Below are positions 16,734 through 26,748 of a DNA stretch of 64,000 bases, one piece after another (the first letter of the stretch is position 1; the number at the start of each line of letters is the position of its first letter). Source of the DNA: a virus. The DNA is taken from positions 32,001 to 96,000 of the IMG/VR virus record IMGVR_UViG_3300037245_001295; one strand, given 5' to 3'. The notes below the pieces were generated by a model, which did not search any database, was not told the DNA's origin, and saw only the letters and a list, made by a program, of their open reading frames with translations. Position numbers and translations under genes: made by a program.

Positions 16734-19732
16734 TGCGTGACATACCTGCTGATGTTTTAGCCAACTTACAACAGAACCATGGCATCGAACCGGTCCTCAT
16801 TATCGAGGTCCAGTGGGTTGATGGCGGTCCACTTGTATTGTACTCTGACCAAAAACTATCTGGTGCCGAGTACCCGTATCCTTCAATCATCCAAGTGGGT
16901 AATTTCGACGCGGCTATGCAGGTTGATGGTGCCGGGGACTCGCAGCAAATCAGCATTGTGTTGAATGATGTTGATGGTGCTTTGAAAACTCTCATTGACG
17001 AGAACGATATTCATAAACGCCCTGTGCGCGTGTTTCAAGGCGTTCAAGGTCTTACCATAGACCACAAGTTCCTACTTTTCAAAGGGGAGCTTAGCAGTCC
17101 CATTGTCTGGAATGAAGGCGACAGGACACTGAGCTTTGACGTGTTGACGCGCGAAGAAGATACAGAGGTGGGTTTTTCGATGGAGGAAGGTGACTTCCTC
17201 AGTATCCCCAACGAAGCTCTCGGTAAAGCGTGGCCTCTGGTCTTCGGAGAAGTGTGCAACATGCAGGCGGTCGCTGTAAGGGCTCAACAGCGGGGGCGCA
17301 TGGTGGCCGGCGAAGGTGTGCATGATTGGACCTTGCCGAATCGCATTTGTCAAGCTCGCGAACTGCAATGCCCCGCGCAGTACACAGGGCTTGAAACATA
17401 CTTAAACAACCTTAGGTTTGGCAGTGGCACACAACGTTTGATTACGGTCCCGACCTTTGCGCCTGACTATGACTGTATAGACAATCGTTGGGCGACAGTT
17501 TGTCAATTACAGAACTTGTACACGCAGCAACGTTCATACGAACATACGTCTTTTGAGATCACCGGTGGCGGGGAGTTTCCTCAAGGTGAGGGTAACCGAG
17601 TTGTGCTGAATATCAATGGGGCAAAGTTTCATGGTTGGTTTGACGACACCACCTTCCATGTTACCGAGCGATTCCACCCTGAATATGACAACATCACCTT
17701 AGCCGGTTGTACGTCCATTCCCGAACGTAATCGTGGTCTCCTTCGCGTCAATTGGTTCAGCACGGATGAGTCGGTACAAGATCAGCTTGATGGAGGCAGT
17801 CCATTCTGGGGGCGATCGGACTCTGGACTAACGTATGCGCCGAACCCCAATAGCCCAAACCTCGGTGCTTGCGTGGAGGAAGACGCAACCCAATTAGTCC
17901 CTGGAATGACTGGCGGTCCTGCCCAAGCCCAGGAGGTGTTTGACGCGATGCCCACGTCTAGTTTCTTCTGGATTCCGCCCGGGGCCGAAGTGTTCTTAGA
18001 AGAAGAGGGGGAGGTGCTCTCGATTGTTAGTCTCATTACGGGGACGGTGAACCATGTGGCTGCCTACAAGAAGCAGCCGGTAGGTAATGACTTGCTTCTC
18101 GAAGTTCCGGCCGATTATTACACAATCTACGAGACCGACTACAATGGCTACACGGTTATAGAAATTGGCATGGAGCAGAAGATGAGCCTTCGTGACCCTG
18201 ATTGGGGCGACGATCTCTATGTGTCATTTACGTCAGATGTTGGGCCTAATCCCGTTGACATCATCCAATGGTTGGTGGAGAAATACACTAGCCTGTCAGT
18301 AGATGCCGCTACATTTGCAACCGTCCAGACGAGTATGACTAACTACCCGACGAACTTTACCCTCAAAGAGCGGAAGAATGTCTTGGAGTTGATTAAGGAT
18401 ATTGCCTACCAAACTCGATGCGCAGTGTATATTCGAGACGGTGTGCTATTCATCAAGTATCTGGCTACCGAGCCCGCGTCTGTTCGGACGATAACGGGTG
18501 GGGACATTCTTACGCAGTCTTTCAAGATTACTCACACACCCTCTGAAGACCTCGTGACAAAGTCGGTGGTGAATTACCGGGAGACTGAAGCCCCCGTCGT
18601 GCGGGGCGACAACATTGACCACACCATCATGCTGAAGTACAACATTCCAAAATACGGTGTCTCTGAGGCGGACTACGATTACTACACTCAAAATACTTTT
18701 GGCACAATTATGAAGTCGTCCACCTTCTGGCTGATTCGAGACGCACACACCTGGAAGTACGTTGAGTTTGACACGACCATTAAGCACTTGGATTTAGATT
18801 TGTTTGACTGCATCACTCTGGACTTGCCGCAGTTTTCAGCGAGTCCAATAAAGTGTGTCATCACTGAAGCTCAATTCAATAGTGAAAACAATACCATTCA
18901 CTTCCAAGCCTGGACTCCTGTTCGGGCAGGAACTTCAATCCAGTATCCACTAGCGTGGCCAGCGGCTCTACCAGCCGAGACTGTGTGGCCGGTAGACGGC
19001 GAGCAGCAGTGGGCCAATCCCGGCTATTCGTTCAACGTCACCCCACCAATCGGCCACATCCTTTCGGGCGGCGACACAACGGAGCTTGAGAACTTTGTCG
19101 TTCAGTCTAGTGGCGACCGCCACCCGTCTGACCTTGACGACGTGCTGCCTTCGGTTGAGTGCCTGATCTCCTCCTTTGAAGAGGGGGATGTGGATGTTAG
19201 TGAGTTGGCCCCAGAGTTCCGAGCCTTGAATCTTGCGAAGCGTAATCACAAAAAATTGTTGGAGCGAGGGGGTTGGTCTGTGAATTGGCCCGATAAGGAC
19301 GAACAAGAGGAGGAAGAGGAGGAGAAAAACCCAGAGCGGGGCGGCTGTGGTACGGCAACGGAAGGTAGCGGCTGCGTTTACGACGTTACCGTGACATATA
19401 CCCTGCCGACCAGTGTGTCGTCTGGAAAGATTGCTGGCGGTTGCGCTGGCGGTCCTTGTTGGTGTGACGCAGGTGGCGGGCCTTGCATATCCGCACTAAG
19501 TCAGAAATGTCACTCATTTAGTAGTATGTCGGCAGCTACATTATTCCACTCTGAGATGACGGCTACAATTCAAGGGTTGAAAAATGCCTGCGGTTACTTC
19601 TGTGGCACGTCGTCACCTTATATGGTGAGTAGTGTTAAGGCATTTGCCGACCCCACAAGCGACGAGCCTTGTGAAGACCCACCGGGTCAGCCCGAGGTGC
19701 CATACATTGAGTACGAACCACAGGACGTTTAA
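16730..19732 (+). CDS. tail tip / baseplate hub protein
   Basis: 1000 aa; WPLVFG, NPVDII, LDLFDCI hub-like motifs; Cys-rich C-terminus. Confidence 0.7.
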   Translation: MMRDIPADVLANLQQNHGIEPVLIIEVQWVDGGPLVLYSDQKLSGAEYPYPSIIQVGNFDAAMQVDGAGDSQQISIVLNDVDGALKTLIDENDIHKRPVRVFQGVQGLTIDHKFLLFKGELSSPIVWNEGDRTLSFDVLTREEDTEVGFSMEEGDFLSIPNEALGKAWPLVFGEVCNMQAVAVRAQQRGRMVAGEGVHDWTLPNRICQARELQCPAQYTGLETYLNNLRFGSGTQRLITVPTFAPDYDCIDNRWATVCQLQNLYTQQRSYEHTSFEITGGGEFPQGEGNRVVLNINGAKFHGWFDDTTFHVTERFHPEYDNITLAGCTSIPERNRGLLRVNWFSTDESVQDQLDGGSPFWGRSDSGLTYAPNPNSPNLGACVEEDATQLVPGMTGGPAQAQEVFDAMPTSSFFWIPPGAEVFLEEEGEVLSIVSLITGTVNHVAAYKKQPVGNDLLLEVPADYYTIYETDYNGYTVIEIGMEQKMSLRDPDWGDDLYVSFTSDVGPNPVDIIQWLVEKYTSLSVDAATFATVQTSMTNYPTNFTLKERKNVLELIKDIAYQTRCAVYIRDGVLFIKYLATEPASVRTITGGDILTQSFKITHTPSEDLVTKSVVNYRETEAPVVRGDNIDHTIMLKYNIPKYGVSEADYDYYTQNTFGTIMKSSTFWLIRDAHTWKYVEFDTTIKHLDLDLFDCITLDLPQFSASPIKCVITEAQFNSENNTIHFQAWTPVRAGTSIQYPLAWPAALPAETVWPVDGEQQWANPGYSFNVTPPIGHILSGGDTTELENFVVQSSGDRHPSDLDDVLPSVECLISSFEEGDVDVSELAPEFRALNLAKRNHKKLLERGGWSVNWPDKDEQEEEEEEKNPERGGCGTATEGSGCVYDVTVTYTLPTSVSSGKIAGGCAGGPCWCDAGGGPCISALSQKCHSFSSMSAATLFHSEMTATIQGLKNACGYFCGTSSPYMVSSVKAFADPTSDEPCEDPPGQPEVPYIEYEPQDV

Positions 19733-19755
19733 GCAACTGTTTAAGGGAGAGAGAG

Positions 19756-20136
19756 ATGAACGGTTTATTTTGTAAGTATCAGGAGAACATGGTTGATGAC
19801 GGTAGCGGCATTACCGTCTCAGCCTGTCGGTGTCCCGACGCCGCGCACCAGCACAGCATTGTAAGCGAGTTAATTTGCTCAGCCTGTCATCTACGGGAGG
19901 AACCAACTGCGGAGGAGCGACATCTGAACACACACATGCAGGAGCAGAGGGGCGGAGACATTCTTGAGACTCGTCCCTTAGCCGTTCGGACGAAAATCTT
20001 GGAGGACTACTGCCTAAAATGCAAACACTGTGATAGTGTTGACAAGGTATGTATGGCCTGTACCTGTAACGTCAGGATACCGGTCGATGACTACGTGAAG
20101 TACGCCGCCCACCACTGTCCACTGGAGTTATGGTAA
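19756..20136 (+). CDS. Cys-rich metal-binding protein
   Basis: Multiple CxxC; ends in CxxC..CxxCxC..HCPLELW. Confidence 0.6.
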   Translation: MNGLFCKYQENMVDDGSGITVSACRCPDAAHQHSIVSELICSACHLREEPTAEERHLNTHMQEQRGGDILETRPLAVRTKILEDYCLKCKHCDSVDKVCMACTCNVRIPVDDYVKYAAHHCPLELW

Positions 20137-20885
20137 TGAGCCGACCTTGCCAGAAACGACGAACGATTGTCCACAAAGGGCAAGACGGTTCCAAGAGAAC
20201 TTACTATAGGTGTGCGCACGGCGGTGCGAACACCTACCGCCAGGAAGTGGACGACGGGATTTGCGACGGTTGCGTCCTTAGACAGGAATTGCCAGGGGCC
20301 GCCAAGTGTAGCCCTAAGCCTCCGGCAAACCCAACTTACAGTCAGCCAACATACGGGCAGGACGCGGAGATACGCTACGAACCTATTGACGCTTCCGAGC
20401 CGCCGGAGTGCCCAGAAGGATATACACGCCGCACGGACGATGAATGGGCGTTTGACTCGGTATGGTTCCCGTGCCCCTACCGGGCTTTTAGCGACGATTT
20501 GAAACCAGACGGATCGCTGCAAGTTCACGCCTTCTGCACTGTGGGTCATAAGAAGGTCACCTGCGGCGACTGTGAACAGTGTGAAGGTGCATTAGTACAG
20601 CTTGACGGTTCTTTGAAGATAGACAAGTCGCCAGAGACGCCTGCCTTAATAAGTAAGGCTAGGACATACTGGAAAGCCGTGAAGAATTGGATCTCAAGTG
20701 GGCGACCCGTCAGATCGGATGCCGAGGTGCAGAGGATACATGCAAACTATTGTTTGCAGTGTGATTGGTATGACAAACCGACCCAGAGATGTAAGGGCTG
20801 CGGTTGTAAAGTCAAACCGGTTGGAAAGGCCTTGCTCAACAAAGCCAAGATGGCTACCGAGCACTGCCCCCGTGATTTTTGGTAA
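20130..20885 (+). CDS. Cys-rich metal-binding protein
   Basis: Multiple CxxC; ends in CxxC..CKGCGC..K.KMATEHCPRDFW. Confidence 0.6.
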   Translation: MVMSRPCQKRRTIVHKGQDGSKRTYYRCAHGGANTYRQEVDDGICDGCVLRQELPGAAKCSPKPPANPTYSQPTYGQDAEIRYEPIDASEPPECPEGYTRRTDDEWAFDSVWFPCPYRAFSDDLKPDGSLQVHAFCTVGHKKVTCGDCEQCEGALVQLDGSLKIDKSPETPALISKARTYWKAVKNWISSGRPVRSDAEVQRIHANYCLQCDWYDKPTQRCKGCGCKVKPVGKALLNKAKMATEHCPRDFW

Positions 20886-20967
20886 ACGGCCGTCGTTGTC
20901 GGCAAGCGGGCTAACGCTAACTCGCCGCGATAGTCAGACACCGGCCATTTTCATAGAGGAGAAAGAT

Positions 20968-21114
20968 ATGGGTTGCTGTTCTAAAGGTAGGGGACGCAGT
21001 GGTAGCCGCAATAGTAGAAGTGTGGTGTCCTCTGGCGCATGCCGGACACCGCAGTCGAAAATGCCGCGATCCGGCAAGCGAAAAGTACGCAAGGCTCAGG
21101 GCCACGCTAGATAA
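20968..21114 (+). CDS. small basic protein (MGCC...)
   Basis: GAGGAG RBS; 48 aa, Arg/Lys/Ser-rich. Confidence 0.5.
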   Translation: MGCCSKGRGRSGSRNSRSVVSSGACRTPQSKMPRSGKRKVRKAQGHAR

Positions 21115-21115
21115 G

Positions 21116-21352
21116 CTACCATTTAGCTGACCCCTCCAGCCACCTCACAACCCTCTGGGCCATGGAGAAACGCCAGCTTATGTATGCCAGTATCCAGACA
21201 ACTGTTGTTACAGGTCCAAAGAGGAGGCTAACAATAAAGCAAGAGAGGCGATCAAAGTTGGTCCAAGAGTTATACGCCCGCCGCCAATAGGCTTGCATAA
21301 GTGTGTAAGATGTGACGCACAAAATCAACCACAAAATCAAGAACATCAACAT
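21116..21352 (-). CDS. small membrane protein
   Basis: GGAGG RBS on the - strand; two hydrophobic segments. Confidence 0.5.
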   Translation of the reverse strand: MLMFLILWLILCVTSYTLMQAYWRRAYNSWTNFDRLSCFIVSLLFGPVTTVVWILAYISWRFSMAQRVVRWLEGSAKW

Positions 21353-21353
21353 A

Positions 21354-21957
21354 TCAACCTCCAAACGCGGACAGCATTGCTTTGTACACCTTAGCTTCTG
21401 TAATTGCATCGCACAAGGCATCATGCGGTTTGGGATTCACAATCCCAAACCGTTTTGCCATTGCCTTCAGGCCGGGATATGGGAACGGCGCACTCAGACC
21501 ATGGAAGGTCGCCGCATCGTTGATGCTCAGAGCAAACAGCATGGAGTCCCGAGGGTGGTAGTGGAAGAATTGATTGAAGGACTCCAGCCCCAGCCAGTTC
21601 ATTAGGAATCCCCGCTCGAAAGCCCAGTTGTGAGCCAGAGGCACCAACCGCCTGTCGAACGGTAAGTTCAACGACTGCAACCACTCGTCAAACAAATCAG
21701 CCACCTTCCAAGCGTCTGGGCAGTTATTCATCAGTTCTTCGATGTTCAAGCCATGTACGGTCTGGGCTTCGGCCTCGCACCGCTCCGGCCTCTCTGGGGC
21801 TATGTCCATATAGAATGGAATGATGTCCGGCACGGGCTCGATTGAACTCGTAAGTGGCACCACAGCAATCTGGATAATCTCGTGGTAGCCCGCGATCCGC
21901 CCTGTCGTCTCTACGTCCACAGCGGCGAGCATGTGGCCATTCAGGTTCAGTAAGCTA

Positions 21958-21971
<14 letters not shown>
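21354..21971 (-). CDS. DEDDh 3'-5' exonuclease (DnaQ-like)
   Basis: VDVETTG, AHNWAFE, HDALCDA motifs. Confidence 0.85.
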
Positions 21972-22553
<582 letters not shown>

Positions 22554-22557
<4 letters not shown>

Positions 22558-23048
22558 TTCTCTCTCTCCGCTGCAATCTTTGCTGCGATGTCCGGGTTTC
22601 GTCTCAGGAAGTCCTCTTCGTCAAACGGGATGTTGAAGTGATCCAAAGACTGCCGGAATTCAGTGAGACCTTGGCAGGGGCGATCATCCCCGTCTTTGTA
22701 ACTGTCTACATAGTGACGAAGGAACAAGAGGTTTGCGAGGCAATGATCCAAGTGATGTTCGCCGGAGTCTTTGTCCAAGTCTTCTCCGAACCACCACCAC
22801 TTCATCCAATGCCTCATGTAACTATCATAGCACACAGACCATGCCATTCCGCGAGCCCAGTTGAAAGCTGAATACTTCAACAAGCCTCCCATGAATACGC
22901 GGCACGCACCGGCCAGTAGATGGATGGGCATCAATGAGAATGACACCTTTCCCAGATTAGCGCGAGCGCCAGTTCCGCGTTCCTTGCTGTTTACATCGCC
23001 CACCGCATACTCTAATGCTTCTGGAATCTCCAAATATTCAGAACTCAC
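22554..23048 (-). CDS. dATP/dGTP diphosphohydrolase (DUF5664-like)
   Basis: K....L.P; G..KY..NW..G; RH; GED.D.DSG..HL.H...N..FL; GTG start after GAGGAG. Confidence 0.8.
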
Positions 23049-23220
23049 AGTCGTGCTCCTCTTCGTCAACGTTGGTAATGTTGCAGAAATCGCCTTCAAG
23101 GTCGTCAATGATGTCATCGAGATCGTCGGGGATTTCTGGTCCGTACAAGGTTGTAAGCAATGTCGCCAGGACTACCGACCCTGCACGACCCGTGCTGCGG
23201 AAAATGGCTATCTCGTGCAT
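23038..23220 (-). CDS. hypothetical small acidic protein
   Basis: Fills the gap between primase and diphosphohydrolase genes. Confidence 0.45.
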   Translation of the reverse strand: MHEIAIFRSTGRAGSVVLATLLTTLYGPEIPDDLDDIIDDLEGDFCNITNVDEEEHDCEF

Positions 23221-23221
23221 A

Positions 23222-25966
23222 TCATTCCTCCAGTGCTAGTCGTTTGCCTTTTGCGATGTACCGTTTTGCATCCGGTTCTACTTTGACGTCCGTAAGGCTG
23301 ACATTTCCAACATAAAGCTGTCCGCCAGTGTTAATCCCCACTGGGAAGCTGTCTGGCACGTTTTGCCGAACCTTCCTCTTTGTCCAACTGGCCTGCTCGA
23401 ACGCTGTCAAAGTACCCATGAAATGGTTAAAGAAATCTTTGAACAAGGCCTTCTGTCCGGGACTTTCAAAGCAGTTCTCATTGATGAACTCATCAAGCGG
23501 GTTGCGATTGGATTCAGCAGCTTGTTCTTTGCCCGCCGTGTCCAGAACAGGGATGCGAAGTCGCGAAGTTGCTGCCGGTAGTGACAGACCCATTAAGGTG
23601 GCCATGAAGTGCGGGGCCTCCTCCTCCAAGGCTCGTATCAGGATCGGTTTAGGAATCTCTTCCAGAAGGGGGCCAACATACATGGCCGTGATCCGGGTGT
23701 CTCCCGGAAAGATCGGGCAGCTATCACGATAGTTAGCCGTCTGAACAAAGTGCAAGCAATTCCGCTGCTGGTAAACTTGCTGGTACATTGGTCTGATACT
23801 GAGAAACTGGGCGGTGGTCCATTCTTTGATTTTGTTGTAAACGGATGGACCGGCATTAGAAATGTTCACTTCGTCCACAACGCCTAAAACGGCGTTTGCA
23901 AGTTCGCCATTGAAGTCACTGGAACTGGTCAAAGCCCTGTCGGCCTTGACAACGCCCGCCGTCATCAGCAAATTGATCGCCTCATGGAAGATGGATTTAC
24001 CTGACTCCTGAGGGCCATACATAAAGAGGTATGGAAGTGGTTCAAAGGGCTCTCGGAGTAAGCAGGAAACCCATGCCGTCAGGTAATCTCTTCCGTTGAA
24101 AATGCCCCAGTTCTTGCACCATGAAGTCTCGGATACAACGCCGTCCAAATCTTCGCCACAGTGATCGAGAACTCGATCCCAGTGTGGGTGGTACGGTTGC
24201 TCGTCGTCCTCAAATCTGGCCGGTTGGTAGACCAATTGAGGTGCTCCAAGATTCCACTGACGACCTCCAGGGTATTCTTCGTGGAAGGGTTTACAGACCA
24301 TTAGCCATTGATTGATAATGGACTGACCCATAATCTTTGTCGGAGGTACGTCCGGCGGGGCATACAGGTTCAGGACGCTTGTGACATTTTCCCGGGGGTG
24401 TTTAATCCATGAGCCGCCCCGCACACAGATTCGCCAACCCGCGTCAGCATTTGATGGGGTCCGGCAAGACCGGATTAGTGTGTCAAATCTGGTGTAGTCG
24501 TCCTTCTCGCTGGAGGCGTCAACCATGATGTTGAAGACCTTGATCCACTTATTCTTTTTCTGGCCATCCCACGACTCAAAGCCAACGTCTGTCTCCCGGC
24601 GATCAAGTTCGACCACAAGCCTACCATCTTTGTTCTTACGTAGCGTGGCTCCCCGCTGCTCGTAATCGTTTGCGGCGGGCAGAGTCAACTCTGAGCCAAG
24701 TGCCTTTACGGCGTCCTTAGCGTCCTCCACCGCTGTGAAGTGGAAGCCCTTATTGTTCTCAAGTTCAGCACCGCCTAGAGCCGTGGCCGCCTCCGAGAGG
24801 ATCGGGGGGCGGTTGTAATGACACCACGTCCAACCCTCTCGATCCTGCTTCCATAAATCGTGTTCGGTGGTTCCTTGCCCGAAGCGAAATACCATGAACG
24901 ATCCACCTTGCTTCGGAATGGCAAAGCAGTTCGGTTTCGACAAGTCGGTCCCTGGCGACAAGGTGTCAAAGAAACCCCTGATTGGTTCACCCTGATCCGC
25001 ACACTCCGTGTACACTTGCTTCAAGGCTTGCGTGTGAGTTTGCAGCAGGGAGTGGTCAGGTACCCATACACATGAATAGCCCGTCATTTCCAGATCGGAG
25101 ATGATCTTTCTGTGCTTCTCATCCAAAGGCACCTTAGGGTGGGCTGAGGTCAGTTCTGTTAGCGGGTCTTGATCGTCAACCTCGTCCCCACTATCGTTTA
25201 CACCCACGACTCGAATCTTAGAGGATTTTCCACCGATGACGTCAAGATGGTCTCGCCAATTTGGGGGCAGATCAGATTCGATCAATTCATGCTCAGTCTT
25301 CTTGACGCAAGTGAAGCCGGGCGTTCCAAACATCTTAGTGTGCCCGACCCACATGTTCCCGCCGCATACATCAAGGTGGCTACCGAAGTCAAACTCTGCG
25401 TCGGTGCTCAGCTTGCCGAGAATGGCCCTAGCAATGGCCGCGTGTTCCGTGTGGTTCTGTGTCTTTGGCCGCTGGCCTTCCGCAAACCAAACGTAGAGGT
25501 GAAGCCCCTTCCCTCCGGTAGAACGCAGGACTTCAACGTAATCCAATTCACACGCCCGGTGCCGAATCTCCTCAAGCTGTGAGTCAGAGACGCCTGTGCC
25601 TGCGGCGTGGGAGGAGATGTCGTCAAAGTCAAATCCACAGCCCACCGACTCCCGGTTCTTCCAATCCCACCACGTCGTACCTATCCCCAACCAATGCTTC
25701 TCAAGAAGGAAGTCCAGCGGGCGATCGCGCCAATAGGGCTCGTTCATCGCGTTCTTAGGATAACGTATATGGTGCCATGTCTCAGATTCATCAGTCCAGA
25801 CGTTCCTCTTATCGTCAATGGGGTGACCGCCCTCAGGTGAGACGAGCAACTGTGTCTCCAGAGCATCGAGGTTATCGAGCCATCGGCAAAAGAACTCAGG
25901 ATTGTTGTGCTTGGGCAGCACTTCGTTTCGGAAGTATGTCTCGAAGGCTTCAAGAATAGATGCCAT
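23222..25966 (-). CDS. primase-helicase (AEP/Prim-Pol N-domain plus SF3/D5-like NTPase)
   Basis: DFDD and RSTGGKGLHLY primase motifs; YGPQESGKS Walker A; VVDE Walker B; TAN and DTRI. Confidence 0.85.
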   Translation of the reverse strand: MASILEAFETYFRNEVLPKHNNPEFFCRWLDNLDALETQLLVSPEGGHPIDDKRNVWTDESETWHHIRYPKNAMNEPYWRDRPLDFLLEKHWLGIGTTWWDWKNRESVGCGFDFDDISSHAAGTGVSDSQLEEIRHRACELDYVEVLRSTGGKGLHLYVWFAEGQRPKTQNHTEHAAIARAILGKLSTDAEFDFGSHLDVCGGNMWVGHTKMFGTPGFTCVKKTEHELIESDLPPNWRDHLDVIGGKSSKIRVVGVNDSGDEVDDQDPLTELTSAHPKVPLDEKHRKIISDLEMTGYSCVWVPDHSLLQTHTQALKQVYTECADQGEPIRGFFDTLSPGTDLSKPNCFAIPKQGGSFMVFRFGQGTTEHDLWKQDREGWTWCHYNRPPILSEAATALGGAELENNKGFHFTAVEDAKDAVKALGSELTLPAANDYEQRGATLRKNKDGRLVVELDRRETDVGFESWDGQKKNKWIKVFNIMVDASSEKDDYTRFDTLIRSCRTPSNADAGWRICVRGGSWIKHPRENVTSVLNLYAPPDVPPTKIMGQSIINQWLMVCKPFHEEYPGGRQWNLGAPQLVYQPARFEDDEQPYHPHWDRVLDHCGEDLDGVVSETSWCKNWGIFNGRDYLTAWVSCLLREPFEPLPYLFMYGPQESGKSIFHEAINLLMTAGVVKADRALTSSSDFNGELANAVLGVVDEVNISNAGPSVYNKIKEWTTAQFLSIRPMYQQVYQQRNCLHFVQTANYRDSCPIFPGDTRITAMYVGPLLEEIPKPILIRALEEEAPHFMATLMGLSLPAATSRLRIPVLDTAGKEQAAESNRNPLDEFINENCFESPGQKALFKDFFNHFMGTLTAFEQASWTKRKVRQNVPDSFPVGINTGGQLYVGNVSLTDVKVEPDAKRYIAKGKRLALEE

Positions 25967-25978
25967 GCTGTGTCCTTA

Positions 25979-26185
25979 TTAGTCTTCCATTGCCACCACG
26001 CGATTCGTCATCGAGCGACGAACCCGTGTAAGTATACTGACCCTTGCCTTGTACCACTCTGTTCCAGGAGCGGCGAATGTGTGGGCTCGTTGTTTAGCGG
26101 CTTCCCCGCTCACTTCAACTACAACGGCATTTTGGCCCCTGGGAAGGTGTAGCCAGAAGATGTACTTGTGATCCGGTGTGTTCAT
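25979..26185 (-). CDS. hypothetical protein, first gene of leftward arm
   Basis: Start codon and RBS lie in the left arm of the 74-bp inverted repeat. Confidence 0.6.
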   Translation of the reverse strand: MNTPDHKYIFWLHLPRGQNAVVVEVSGEAAKQRAHTFAAPGTEWYKARVSILTRVRRSMTNRVVAMED

Positions 26186-26253
26186 AACGTCCCCTCGCTC
26201 CTATACTTCTATATTACGCCAAACGGAGAGCAGCGGTAGCGCTAAATGAGAAA
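26180..26253 (-). repeat. 74-bp inverted repeat, left arm
   Basis: Reverse complement matches 26675-26748 with 2 mismatches. Confidence 0.95.
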
Positions 26254-26674
26254 ATTGCAAAGTGGATGGAAAACCCCTCTGATGGGTGTCGCATCCACTG
26301 GTTATCCACTAATTATGCCCCCGGTTGGGGGTATTATCCACTCAGTCGGCGCAGGGAATCTTGCTTAAACTCTATACAGTTGTACTTCTTCTCACTATGA
26401 GTGGATGAAAGAGAGTGGATAAGGTAGGAAAGACTATCTGAGAGAAAAAAGAAAAAGAAAATCTATAGGGGAGAGTTAACCCCCATCCACTCTGCGTTTA
26501 TCCACTCTCGACCTAAACCCTTGTCCCGCAACGACTTACGACAGTATTACTGTACATAAGGCGAGTGGATAAACAAAATTCCATCCACTCTGAAGCGATC
26601 TAAACCCCCTCTACCGGGGGTGGTCATACCTCTACTGGCAGTTTGACTACCCCTCTGTAGATTAGTTCAGTAAA
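26254..26674. other. putative replication origin with ATCCACT iterons and A-rich tract
   Basis: 10 copies of ATCCACT/AGTGGAT in ~330 bp; A-tract 26441-26461; non-coding; lies between primase-helicase and ParB at the strand switch. Confidence 0.7.
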
Positions 26675-26748
26675 TTTCTCGTTTAGCGCTACCGCTACTC
26701 TCCGTTTGGCGTAATATAGAAGTATAGGAGCGAGGGGACGTTATGAAC
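26675..26748 (+). repeat. 74-bp inverted repeat, right arm
   Basis: TTTCTCGTTTAGCGCT...AGGAGCGAGGGGACGTTATGAAC; includes the RBS and ATG of parB. Confidence 0.95.

Noticed and set aside
26180-26748. Inverted repeat as IS/MITE ends or a protelomerase hairpin site
   Set aside because: No transposase or target duplication; the arms are 421 bp apart rather than abutting, and they contain functional RBS and ATG.
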